Source of the DNA: a virus
Virus record (IMG/VR): IMGVR_UViG_3300049846_002429
Span: 3,160-67,159 of that record
Length of the DNA: 64,000 bases
Reading direction: 5' to 3' (one strand)
The notes beneath the pieces are model-generated. The model saw only the letters and a program-made list of their open reading frames with translations. It was not told the origin of the DNA and made no database searches. This document shows positions 55,129-64,000 of the stretch, piece by piece (within the stretch, counting starts at the first letter, position 1; each line of letters starts with the position of its first letter). The translations under genes were made by a program, and so were the position numbers.

Positions 55129-58100
55129 ATGGCAAGTAGACTGCCGAATCCAAGAAGTTACGATTCAATTCTAGGTGATATGTTAGCAACATATATGTCT
55201 AAAATTGGCGTTAATGACCTTAACGTAGGTAACGCCGTTACATCGTTCTTTGAAGCTATGGCTCAGGCCGTTTATAGGGCTTCTGGCGATACTTTTGCTA
55301 TTTTGAGAGATTTTTCAGTAGATCGAGCTGAAGGCGAAGCTTTGCAGCGTTTGCGAGAAGAAGAGGGCTTGGCTCCTATTACAGCTCGCGTGGCTACTGG
55401 CAAAGTTACCATTACAGATAGTTCTTTTACCAAAAAAACCACTAAAATTTACGCAGGTTCTCAGCCGCCAAATATCGGCTCCACTGTTATTTCTGTATCG
55501 GACGCATCGGAATTTGATGCATCTGGCTCTATCTATATCGGTCGAGGCACTGTAAACGTAGAAGGCCCTATTGCCTACGGAAGCATCACACCAATCGGTG
55601 GGTATTATAATATCAACCTTTCAACGCCTACCACTAAATATCACAATTTATCGGAAAACGTAATTTTAGCTCAAGGTGGAACAAGAAACATCCCTGCTGG
55701 CACTTTGGTTAAAACCGCAGCGGCTGGTTCGTCTCCAGAAATTAATTTTAGTGTTACTCGTAACGTGACTATGCTTGATGGTGAAGACACTATCACAGAC
55801 GTTCCTGTTGCAGCTCAAGAGCCTGGAACTGACGGCAACATTCCAAGAAATGCAATTAAAGATTTCGCAAGCGCTCCTTTTACCGGAGCAACTGTTTACA
55901 ATCCAAATCCATTCACAACTGGTCGAAACGAAGAAACTGATCAGGAGATTAGAAACAGGATTAAAAAGGCTAGGATTTCTAGAGGCCTTGGAACTGCAAT
56001 TGCGGTTAAAAATGCCGTATTGGGCGCTCAAGCTTCTGATGAAAATGCCATTGTTATTTCGGATGAGATTTTTTCTGATGGTGAAGAAACTGTTCTTTTT
56101 ATTGACAACGGAAATGGTTACGAAGAAAAAACCAAAGGTGTTGGACTAGAATTTCTTGTTGATTCGGCACTTGGAGGCGAAGATCATTTCCAGCTTGCTA
56201 CCAGCGGTACTCAAACATCTCTTGCAAAAGCAACTCTCACTTCCACTGAAACAGCTCCTTTTGATATCAGCCCTAACGACAGACTTTCTATTTTGGTTGG
56301 CGGTATATTGAGCGAGCATGTATTTAATTCTGGTGATTTCCGAGCCGATGGGTTTGCCACTGCTTACGAAATCGTATCGTCTATCAATGCTAATTCTGAT
56401 CTAAAGTTTTCTGCAACCACGGTTGATAATGGAACTAAAGTAGCGCTTCAGGCAAAAACAGAAACTTCTGAATATCTACAAAAAACAAATCCAACGTCTG
56501 GAACAGATGCTGGAGCTGCTCTTGGATTGACCACAAGCGAAGTTGAAACTTTGCGTCTTTACAAGAACAATAAGCCTCTCAGTCGTAACGGTAGAACTGC
56601 CCTTATTGAGTCTGAAAATCAGACTGATTGGTCAAATACAATTACGAGCGGAGAAACTTTAAAAATCTCTGTTGACGGCACTGCTCAAATTACATATACA
56701 ATTACCAATTCGGATTTTCTATCCGAGGGCACTCACCCTACTGTTTCTAAGACAAATACTCTGCAGTCTTGGGTTAATGTTCTAAATACAAAAGTTACAG
56801 GCATCACTGCTTCTATTAATGGAAACCGAATCGTTCTAACTTCCAATCTTGGAACTAAGGCTAGAGCGCAGATCGTTATTGACCCAACATCAACTTTGGT
56901 TGCCAAGGGTATGTTTACGGCGAATGTCGGTCTTTCTGCTACTGGTGCTGAGGCTGATTTTAAACTTTCTCGAAACACAGCCCAAATCAGACTTACAAGT
57001 CCTTTGGCTGCAGGCGATAGTTTAACGGCTGGAAGTGAATTTACTCAAGCATATGTTTTAAGTGACGCTCTTTTGGGCGGCTCAGTAACCTTCCCTGATG
57101 ATGCTCAAATGTGGGTGGTCGTTGACAACAAAGATGCTCAGATCATCAATCACGGTGTTTTAAGCGATAGTCTCGTTTATATCACAAAACCAGGCGGCAA
57201 TCGCTTACGATTCAGAGCCTCTTTCGCAAATGCTTTTTCTGAAGTTCAGGTTGGTGACTATGTTGTAATCTGGTCTCAAGAGCTTGTTACAGGAAATAGA
57301 CTTGAGGGTCGCGTATATGCGCGTGGCACAGATTCATTAACAAATGATTATTTTGAAATCAGAGTAACTTCTGCAGAATATCTTGGTGTTGCAGTTGAAG
57401 GCCCAGTGCCTTTCTTTGAAGGCCTCGCTTTTATCAGAAGTGAAATCCCTCCTCAAAAAGTACAAATTGCAGCCGGAAGCTACAATATCAATACCATTGC
57501 AGGTTACCTAACAGAGCAAATTGCTGGTGTTGTTGCTACTACTGAAAACGATGAATTTATTGCAATTACATCTAACAATAAAGATTTAGATGGAAGTGTG
57601 CTCATTTTTACGTTTAATGATTCTGCTAAAAATTTAAACTTTACTTTAGGCGATTACGCTGAATCAAGCTTCTCTCATTTTGGTTTTTTCAGAAACGACG
57701 AGAATTCTACCAAATTCCCACTGTTTGTTCACTCTGCTATGGCTCAAGACCGATATGCAGATACTCCAAATGCATATATTCCAGATTTTGAGTCTGCTAT
57801 AAACTTAGCAACGCTTGGTATTGACCCTAACGTCATTATGGCGATGAAGAATCCGTATTTGTCTTCTGGTAATTATATCAAAGATTCTCAAGGTCTTGAC
57901 CAGTCAGTTCAGATCGATGCTATTTCTGGAACAACTATTGATATCGATCAAACGAACACTATTCGCCGAGTAAGAATTGACGATAGATATGTATTGTTAA
58001 ATCCTTTGGACTTTGATTATGCAGACACATTGATTGCTGTTTTGGATGGGAATCCTGCAGAAAAAACTTTTCCAATTAACTTATATCGAAGAGCGACTAC

Positions 58101-61092
58101 AAACACCACAATGACCATCAACTCTAATCAATTTAGAGCTTATGATACAGACGCTGGCGCTACTACTCAGTTTGCTGAATTTTTCGGCTCATCTTATAAT
58201 TTTAAGAATTATAAAGTTATGATGATGGCTAAAAACGTATTAGACCCTCAATCGGCCACAAATGAAGATGCTATCCTTTATAGATCTGCTCTGTGGGGAG
58301 TGGGTGGAGAAAAATATCGAGTTGGATATGTCTATCCTACTGCAGCCAACCAAGACGTTACAAGCGCTGTTATCGTAGATTCAAATGTCAACATTAGAAT
58401 CGGACTTAAGTCAGGTGCTGCGATTGTAAATTCAATTGATGGCACTACAGAGTGGGATGTAACTATTACTCCGAACACTCCGGTTGCAGGCGTAGACGAG
58501 GTAACGTATACTTGGAATGGCACTGGAACTAATCCAAATATGGCGACTCTTGCTCCTGGACATTATGTTAATATCAATGGAAGTGGCGAGTTTAGCGCAG
58601 CAAATACTGGTGTATTCAGAGTTTCTTTTGCAACTTCAACTTCTTTTACTGTTAGACGACCAAATGGAGAGGCTGTAGCAGAAAACAACATTGCTTCTTT
58701 AACTTCTACTACTATTTCTTTATATCAAAACAGCGCCACAACAGCAGCAGATATCCAATCATACGTTGTAGCTAATTTGGGCGACTGGATTACAGCAACT
58801 CTTATTGACGATGCTGGTCTTACAGGCGCTGGTGTTATTGATTTAAGCACCTATGAAGACAATGATTTTGCCGCAAATAGCGAAGCAATTAGTCTACTTG
58901 ATGGTGTGAATTGGATTTCATCTAGCGCGTTGGGAGCGTCTGCTCCTTTGGCACAGTTTTTCTTAAAGAAAACACTTTCATTGCCAAGTTTTAGTACAAA
59001 TACTCCTAATGCATATGCATTTAACAATGCAGAAGAATTAAGAATTATTCCAACGACCATCGAACAGGTCGCAGAATTTATGTCTGTTCTTGCCGTTACT
59101 GGATTCACAACTCTCGGAGCGATTTCTGTTGTTCAGAGAGACCAAATGTTGCAGCTTGCAACTCAAATTCTTGGCTCTTCTGGCTCTGTTAAGCTTTCCG
59201 GTGGAACTGGAAATACGTCTAAAGCATTGGTTTTAGGAACGTCTAGCTTAATTAATGGAACCTCTCTTATGCAATCAAGCGTAAGTAAGGCATCTGCTTC
59301 TGGTATTTCTGTTGGACAATTTGTTAAGCTTGTTGCTTCTAACAACCAAAAGAAAAATACAGGAATTAGCTTTACAACAAACGCTACCATCGTACCAGTA
59401 TCTCCAACGCCTACAACATCAACGATTACTCTGGGCAATAGAGATGCTCACGATAGATTTTTTGGTCAGCCAAGAAATATCTTTAGAGATAGAACGCGAG
59501 CTTTTCATGTTGAAAAACATGGCTCTTTAGTTAATATTTCGTGGGATGGAGTTACAGGTGGAAACCCTGTTTTCTCTAAAACAGTTGAATTTAATGATGC
59601 TGGCGGCGGCAACATGTCTGTGGTTTTTGACTCAGACAATAATTTTACCGAATACACTAGAACAAGCGGCTCACGTAACTTTTCAGAGGTTCAACCAGGC
59701 GATTCTATCACTATTCAAAACTTTGCAGATGCCGGAAATAACGGCACCTTTGTTGTTGTTGGAACTTCTGATAACGGATTGACTATTGTTGTTGATAACG
59801 CCGATGGTGTAACTGCTGGCTCTGCTGCGGTTGCGCCTGGAGATATGGTTATTACCACTGATATTAGAGAGGGAGATTTAGTTGAAATTAGCTCTCCTTT
59901 CAGCACATTAAACCAAGGTCAATTCAGAGTTGTCAGACGCTATGCTAACAGCATATATATTGACAACCCTTCTGCCGTTGAAGAACGAGTTGTTGTGTCA
60001 TCTAACTTAAGAAGCTTGGGCTTTGATGCCACAACCACTTTCAATATCACTGTAAGCGGTGATATGAAGCTTGAATATGGCGGCTCTGGAACGGTTCCTA
60101 CTCTTGCAAACGCTAAAATGGGAGATATCGTAACAATCGGTACTGCTTTTGCTGCGGCAAACCAGGGTACTTTCATGGTAACTGAATCTGGCTCAAACTA
60201 TATTAAGCTTGCAAACTCTAAAGCAGTTGCCCAGTCTGGCATATTGGTTTCTGGAGTTGGAGGCGATGTAATCCAAGCCCATATTCCTGCTATGATCTTT
60301 AGTCCATACGACAATACAAGAGCTGGCGATAGCTTTGTTATCTCAGGAGATGTTTTGACATCTTCTAACCAGGGTATCTGGAATGTAGTTGACGTTTTGT
60401 CTAAATCGCAGATTGTTGTTCAGGGCACCATGACTGCACAATCGTTGGTTCAGTTTAACAATTTGTTCACGCAAGTTTATGTTGAAGAAGCTTCTCCATA
60501 TGTTGGATACAAAAGAGTCTATAGTAAAGCTATCGACCCTGCAAATCTTCAGCGCTACTTGTTGTTATTTGACACTAATGAGCAATACTCTAAGATTAAT
60601 GAAGCTGCTGATGTGCTTATGAGCGCTATGAGCAAGTTGAATTATTCAAGTTCAACTATCGCTGGATATGACTCTTACAAACACCATATTGGATTGATTG
60701 CTGAAGCAAACAAGATTGTTTATGGAGACCCAAGAGACAGTGTTACATATCCTGGAGTTGCTGCAGCAGGCGCTGAAATTTTTATTAAGCCGCCTCTTGT
60801 TAGACGCATCACCGTTTCTATTAACGTAAGGGTTCAAACTGGTATTCCTTTCAGTCGAATTACAGAGCAAGTTAGAAATAACATTGCGGCGCTAATTAAC
60901 TCTACGGCTATCGGCGAATCCATTGCAATCTCTGATATTATTTCTACAGTGAACAGTATTCCTGGAACAAGAGCTATCTCTATCAGCTCTCCAACATACG
61001 ACCCATTGAACGATATTATTGTGGTAAATCCGGCTGAGAAGCCTTTTGTGTTGGATATCGTAAATGATATTCAGGTTTCAAAGGTTGACTAA
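55129..61092 (+). CDS. giant virion protein (1987 aa, beta-rich repetitive; putative fibre/baseplate/host-recognition)
   Basis: Single uninterrupted ORF; RBS AGGAGA; T/S/N/G/V-rich. Confidence 0.6.
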   Translation: MASRLPNPRSYDSILGDMLATYMSKIGVNDLNVGNAVTSFFEAMAQAVYRASGDTFAILRDFSVDRAEGEALQRLREEEGLAPITARVATGKVTITDSSFTKKTTKIYAGSQPPNIGSTVISVSDASEFDASGSIYIGRGTVNVEGPIAYGSITPIGGYYNINLSTPTTKYHNLSENVILAQGGTRNIPAGTLVKTAAAGSSPEINFSVTRNVTMLDGEDTITDVPVAAQEPGTDGNIPRNAIKDFASAPFTGATVYNPNPFTTGRNEETDQEIRNRIKKARISRGLGTAIAVKNAVLGAQASDENAIVISDEIFSDGEETVLFIDNGNGYEEKTKGVGLEFLVDSALGGEDHFQLATSGTQTSLAKATLTSTETAPFDISPNDRLSILVGGILSEHVFNSGDFRADGFATAYEIVSSINANSDLKFSATTVDNGTKVALQAKTETSEYLQKTNPTSGTDAGAALGLTTSEVETLRLYKNNKPLSRNGRTALIESENQTDWSNTITSGETLKISVDGTAQITYTITNSDFLSEGTHPTVSKTNTLQSWVNVLNTKVTGITASINGNRIVLTSNLGTKARAQIVIDPTSTLVAKGMFTANVGLSATGAEADFKLSRNTAQIRLTSPLAAGDSLTAGSEFTQAYVLSDALLGGSVTFPDDAQMWVVVDNKDAQIINHGVLSDSLVYITKPGGNRLRFRASFANAFSEVQVGDYVVIWSQELVTGNRLEGRVYARGTDSLTNDYFEIRVTSAEYLGVAVEGPVPFFEGLAFIRSEIPPQKVQIAAGSYNINTIAGYLTEQIAGVVATTENDEFIAITSNNKDLDGSVLIFTFNDSAKNLNFTLGDYAESSFSHFGFFRNDENSTKFPLFVHSAMAQDRYADTPNAYIPDFESAINLATLGIDPNVIMAMKNPYLSSGNYIKDSQGLDQSVQIDAISGTTIDIDQTNTIRRVRIDDRYVLLNPLDFDYADTLIAVLDGNPAEKTFPINLYRRATTNTTMTINSNQFRAYDTDAGATTQFAEFFGSSYNFKNYKVMMMAKNVLDPQSATNEDAILYRSALWGVGGEKYRVGYVYPTAANQDVTSAVIVDSNVNIRIGLKSGAAIVNSIDGTTEWDVTITPNTPVAGVDEVTYTWNGTGTNPNMATLAPGHYVNINGSGEFSAANTGVFRVSFATSTSFTVRRPNGEAVAENNIASLTSTTISLYQNSATTAADIQSYVVANLGDWITATLIDDAGLTGAGVIDLSTYEDNDFAANSEAISLLDGVNWISSSALGASAPLAQFFLKKTLSLPSFSTNTPNAYAFNNAEELRIIPTTIEQVAEFMSVLAVTGFTTLGAISVVQRDQMLQLATQILGSSGSVKLSGGTGNTSKALVLGTSSLINGTSLMQSSVSKASASGISVGQFVKLVASNNQKKNTGISFTTNATIVPVSPTPTTSTITLGNRDAHDRFFGQPRNIFRDRTRAFHVEKHGSLVNISWDGVTGGNPVFSKTVEFNDAGGGNMSVVFDSDNNFTEYTRTSGSRNFSEVQPGDSITIQNFADAGNNGTFVVVGTSDNGLTIVVDNADGVTAGSAAVAPGDMVITTDIREGDLVEISSPFSTLNQGQFRVVRRYANSIYIDNPSAVEERVVVSSNLRSLGFDATTTFNITVSGDMKLEYGGSGTVPTLANAKMGDIVTIGTAFAAANQGTFMVTESGSNYIKLANSKAVAQSGILVSGVGGDVIQAHIPAMIFSPYDNTRAGDSFVISGDVLTSSNQGIWNVVDVLSKSQIVVQGTMTAQSLVQFNNLFTQVYVEEASPYVGYKRVYSKAIDPANLQRYLLLFDTNEQYSKINEAADVLMSAMSKLNYSSSTIAGYDSYKHHIGLIAEANKIVYGDPRDSVTYPGVAAAGAEIFIKPPLVRRITVSINVRVQTGIPFSRITEQVRNNIAALINSTAIGESIAISDIISTVNSIPGTRAISISSPTYDPLNDIIVVNPAEKPFVLDIVNDIQVSKVD

Positions 61093-62708
61093 TGAGTGAT
61101 GCAGAAGATAAAGCAGCAGCAAAGGCTAGGTTGAGAGCATATCTAAATCCTAGCATTCGTGGTAAAAATACCGATGCTATCATCGAGTCTTTGGCCACTG
61201 GCGCTGCTCATATGATCAACAATGTGGAGGCTGTAAACGATCAGCTTTATATTGTTAAAGCTCAGGGTCGATATCTAGACTCTAGACTTGCCGATCATGA
61301 TATTACAAGACCAGACGAGGTTGGTTTATCTGACGAAGTTTTTCGTGAAATAGGCATCGATGTAGCACATAGAAAACAAGTTAGAGATCTTCTTTCCAAT
61401 ATTCTTCGTATCATGTATGGTGAGGAGTTTACTAGAGCGCGACTTCTTTCTACAGAGTTTGAGCCTTATGCTTTGCAAGATGGCGATACTCTCATAATTC
61501 AATATGACGATACTGAGCCTTTAGAGGTTACCTTTAAAGCATCTCAATTTGCAAGTATTGCTGCGGCTACGGCTCAAGAAGTAGCCGATGCTATCACCAA
61601 AGAAATCAGAAAGCTTGGTCGTAGCGGCGCTGCGGTTGCTAAGGACGATGGTATTGGTGGGTACGTTCAGATCATTTCTGAAACAGATGGCCCTTCTTCC
61701 AGTACGAAGGTTTTGGGTGGAAGAGCACAGAATGAATTGAAATTTGAACAAATTAGGCCTACTTCAGGCCAACCAGCCACACAATGGACCTTCACTGTTG
61801 TTGCAGGCGGTGGAATTAGAGCTACTTGGACTGGCGGTCCAGACCCTTCAATTGGTAAAATTAAAAAAGGTGATTACACCACTATTTACGGCACTGCCTT
61901 TAACGTAAACAACAGAGGTACTTTTACAATTACAAAAGTACAAGGTGGCTTGGTTAACAATGCATATGTGGAATTTCTAAATCCTAATGGAGTGAGCGAA
62001 ACAGTTCTTCAAGGCTCTGTTGAGGGAATGCTGTTCTTCAATCCAATTAGAACTACAATTATCAGCCGACCTAACTATGCAACGCTTTATCAAACTGAAT
62101 CTAGACTTCTAGAGATTTTTATTCCTGCAACAACAAGAGTCGTTCGTCGTGATCGCATGGGAGCTGCCCATTTGTTGGATTCGGGTCCTTGTGGCGATGG
62201 CAACGAAGGCCCATATTGTTTCGACACTACAAAGGGCTATATCATTGGTGGAGAAGAGTGCAATACGACTCAAGAAGTGAACTCAAGCACATCGATGATC
62301 ATTAATGTTGATAATTCTGCCGATATTCCAGACGCTCCAGGTGAGCTTATTTTTGGTTTTGGTACAAATAACGAAGAAGGTCCAGTTCCTTATATCGCTC
62401 GACCTTCGTCTAGCACTTTAATTATCGACCCATCTTATATATTTCAAAATGTTCATCCTGCTGGTACAAATATTTCTTTAGTGGCGCAAGGCTATGCTTA
62501 TGAGCCAACCAAAGATGGAACAGATTTTCCATTTTATGCAACAGACATTGTTTCTGGTCGTATCTATGCTGAGGAGCTTATCGCCCTTGTTTCTGCAACA
62601 GGTATCAACGTAGTCATCACGGTGTTGTATCCAGAAGATATTGGACTTGGCAAGTTCCATACTCCTAATTCAGAGAAGTACCAAATTTGGGGAGACGACC
62701 CTGTATGA
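61092..62708 (+). CDS. structural protein (size and position compatible with tail sheath; unverified)
   Basis: 538 aa; ATGA-coupled to the 142-aa gene. Confidence 0.45.
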   Translation: MSDAEDKAAAKARLRAYLNPSIRGKNTDAIIESLATGAAHMINNVEAVNDQLYIVKAQGRYLDSRLADHDITRPDEVGLSDEVFREIGIDVAHRKQVRDLLSNILRIMYGEEFTRARLLSTEFEPYALQDGDTLIIQYDDTEPLEVTFKASQFASIAAATAQEVADAITKEIRKLGRSGAAVAKDDGIGGYVQIISETDGPSSSTKVLGGRAQNELKFEQIRPTSGQPATQWTFTVVAGGGIRATWTGGPDPSIGKIKKGDYTTIYGTAFNVNNRGTFTITKVQGGLVNNAYVEFLNPNGVSETVLQGSVEGMLFFNPIRTTIISRPNYATLYQTESRLLEIFIPATTRVVRRDRMGAAHLLDSGPCGDGNEGPYCFDTTKGYIIGGEECNTTQEVNSSTSMIINVDNSADIPDAPGELIFGFGTNNEEGPVPYIARPSSSTLIIDPSYIFQNVHPAGTNISLVAQGYAYEPTKDGTDFPFYATDIVSGRIYAEELIALVSATGINVVITVLYPEDIGLGKFHTPNSEKYQIWGDDPV

Positions 62709-63133
62709 GTCAATCAGTTGTTTTAAAAGGTGCAGAGGTAAAAGTTTATGTTGCTGGTAAATTGTACTCAGAAGTACAGGGTATACAGTATACTATAGAC
62801 TATGCCGAACAAGAGATTTATGGAATTGATAGTGCTTTCCCTCAAGAGATAGCGCCTGGGCGCGTGTCCGTTCAAGGAAGCGTTCAAGGACTGGTTATTA
62901 AAATGGTTGGAGGTCTACAGGCCTATGATCTTAGAACCAAGATCAATGAGATTCTTCACGGTCCATACGTTTCTTTACGTATCAAAGACCGCCATTCAGA
63001 TAGTGATTTGTTTTGGTTGCCTCAAATGAAGGTAACAAACGAGCAGGTAAGCATTCAGGCTAAGGGTGTTGTTCGTATTTCGTTCCAATTTAAGGGCATT
63101 ATCCCTTACAATCCTCTTGATTTAAACGGCTAA
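62705..63133 (+). CDS. structural protein (tube-sized; unverified)
   Basis: Internal ATG overlapping upstream stop. Confidence 0.4.
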   Translation: MSQSVVLKGAEVKVYVAGKLYSEVQGIQYTIDYAEQEIYGIDSAFPQEIAPGRVSVQGSVQGLVIKMVGGLQAYDLRTKINEILHGPYVSLRIKDRHSDSDLFWLPQMKVTNEQVSIQAKGVVRISFQFKGIIPYNPLDLNG

Positions 63134-63143
63134 CTACCTGATA

Positions 63144-63368
63144 TTATTCAATAATAAGAGCTAATTCAGCTTCTTCGTCTCTATGAGGTCTGGATTGAAC
63201 TGCTTTAATATCTCCAATTTTCTTAACAAGTTTAGTCTTGGCCTTGCGAATTGGTCGGACTTGATAGTTATAGCCTTCATATCCAAGTCTATCATGACTA
63301 TCGTATAGCACTACGTCCATATCGTCTGGCAAATCTTTGATCTTATCCCTTAAATCTTTAATTTTCAT
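63144..63368 (-). CDS. hypothetical basic protein
   Basis: 74-aa ORF driven by minus promoter 63446. Confidence 0.45.
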   Translation of the reverse strand: MKIKDLRDKIKDLPDDMDVVLYDSHDRLGYEGYNYQVRPIRKAKTKLVKKIGDIKAVQSRPHRDEEAELALIIE

Positions 63369-63403
63369 AAGTGCTCCAAATCATTAAGCTTTTTTACTTT
63401 AAC

Positions 63404-63442
63404 AATGCAAGATATGGAAGAATTCAATACATATCTTGCATT
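63404..63442. promoter_or_regulatory. operator-like perfect 13-bp inverted repeat AATGCAAGATATG-N13-CATATCTTGCATT
   Basis: Lies between divergent promoters. Confidence 0.6.
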
Positions 63443-63445
63443 ATC

Positions 63446-63454
63446 ATAATACCA
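63446..63454 (-). promoter_or_regulatory. extended -10 promoter (minus strand TGGTATTAT)
   Basis: Reverse complement of ATAATACCA. Confidence 0.45.
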
Positions 63455-63532
63455 TAAAACAAATCACAATCTTATAGGATATAAAGCTATAACCAATGGC
63501 AATCTTTAAGGTAAAGCTCCTATTTTTGGTTG

Positions 63533-63541
63533 TGGTATAAT
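63533..63541 (+). promoter_or_regulatory. extended -10 promoter TTGTGGTATAAT
   Basis: Exact 12-mer. Confidence 0.55.
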
Positions 63542-63566
63542 AGGATAGAAATCTGAAGGAAATCAA

Positions 63567-64000
63567 ATGAGTGTTAGAAGATCACAAAATTGGCTAAATC
63601 AACAGCGAGTTGACGTTCCTCATCTGCGCTCCATTGAATCTGCAGTTCGTAACGATTTTGATGAGCTTTTAAGTTCTTTTGCTATCGGCGAAAACGCATC
63701 TTACATTATCCGTGGTTTTGAAATTAATATGATAGGTGCCATTGGTTCTTCGGCCAGCAGCCTTCAGATGATAGTTGAAAACAGCTCTCTTTTCCATGGC
63801 GCTTCAAACGAAGCAGGTACCTTTTTTCAAATTCCCTCTGGCTCTGCCAATCAAACAATTAGCTCTACAACCAACACTCGCGTACAAGGCTCCTTTACTC
63901 CCAGCGCATTGAACTATGTTGGTATTGAATTTAGCAGGGCTGTTGATAATTCAACGTCTGCTCAGGTATTTCTTTGGAATCCGACGAATAAGAATGAGAT
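63567..64000 (+). CDS. structural protein, 3'-truncated by window edge
   Basis: RBS GAAGGAAA; open to end of window. Confidence 0.5.
   Translation, partial: MSVRRSQNWLNQQRVDVPHLRSIESAVRNDFDELLSSFAIGENASYIIRGFEINMIGAIGSSASSLQMIVENSSLFHGASNEAGTFFQIPSGSANQTISSTTNTRVQGSFTPSALNYVGIEFSRAVDNSTSAQVFLWNPTNKNE

Noticed and set aside
1-64000. Integrase, transposase, homing endonuclease or other mobile-element genes
   Set aside because: No recognisable tyrosine or serine recombinase, DDE, HNH or GIY-YIG motifs were seen on reading the translations; none claimed.

Overview
Part of a large tailed-phage genome (myovirus-like, AT-rich, densely packed small genes). The layout is as follows. A plus-strand structural block runs from 1 to 5.3 kb. 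A minus-strand accessory block (5.3-7.7 kb) is followed by an early-like region of small divergent genes (8-13.5 kb) containing iterons and a palindrome. A tail module lies at 13.6-19.5 kb: a Gly-rich tape-measure-like protein, a hub and a gp5/gpV-like beta-helix spike. From 19.6 to 50.3 kb there is a long plus-strand array of small genes. It carries auxiliary metabolic genes (SPFH, peptide deformylase, 2OG-Fe(II) oxygenase, ClpP-like protease, MazG, thymidylate kinase) and a nucleic-acid end-healing/repair cluster: Pnk-type kinase-phosphatase, Rnl2-type RNA ligase, a nucleotidyltransferase and three phosphoesterases. A PIN-PhoH gene on the minus strand follows, then giant structural proteins of 899, 1987 and 538 aa. 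The feature I rate most interesting is a 1.15-kb ORF-free, promoter-driven, hairpin-rich RNA locus at 25.98-27.15 kb. It holds a ~185-nt terminated small RNA, an aberrant 109-nt tRNA-like gene and ~850 nt of structured non-coding sequence, and is a candidate large ornate ncRNA of the GOLLD/ROOL type. Transcription is organised by a recurring extended -10 promoter (TTG)TGGTATAAT found at least 18 times on both strands; several copies sit only 5-6 nt from an ATG, implying leaderless mRNAs. All functional calls rest on motifs I recognise by eye. No database searches were run.
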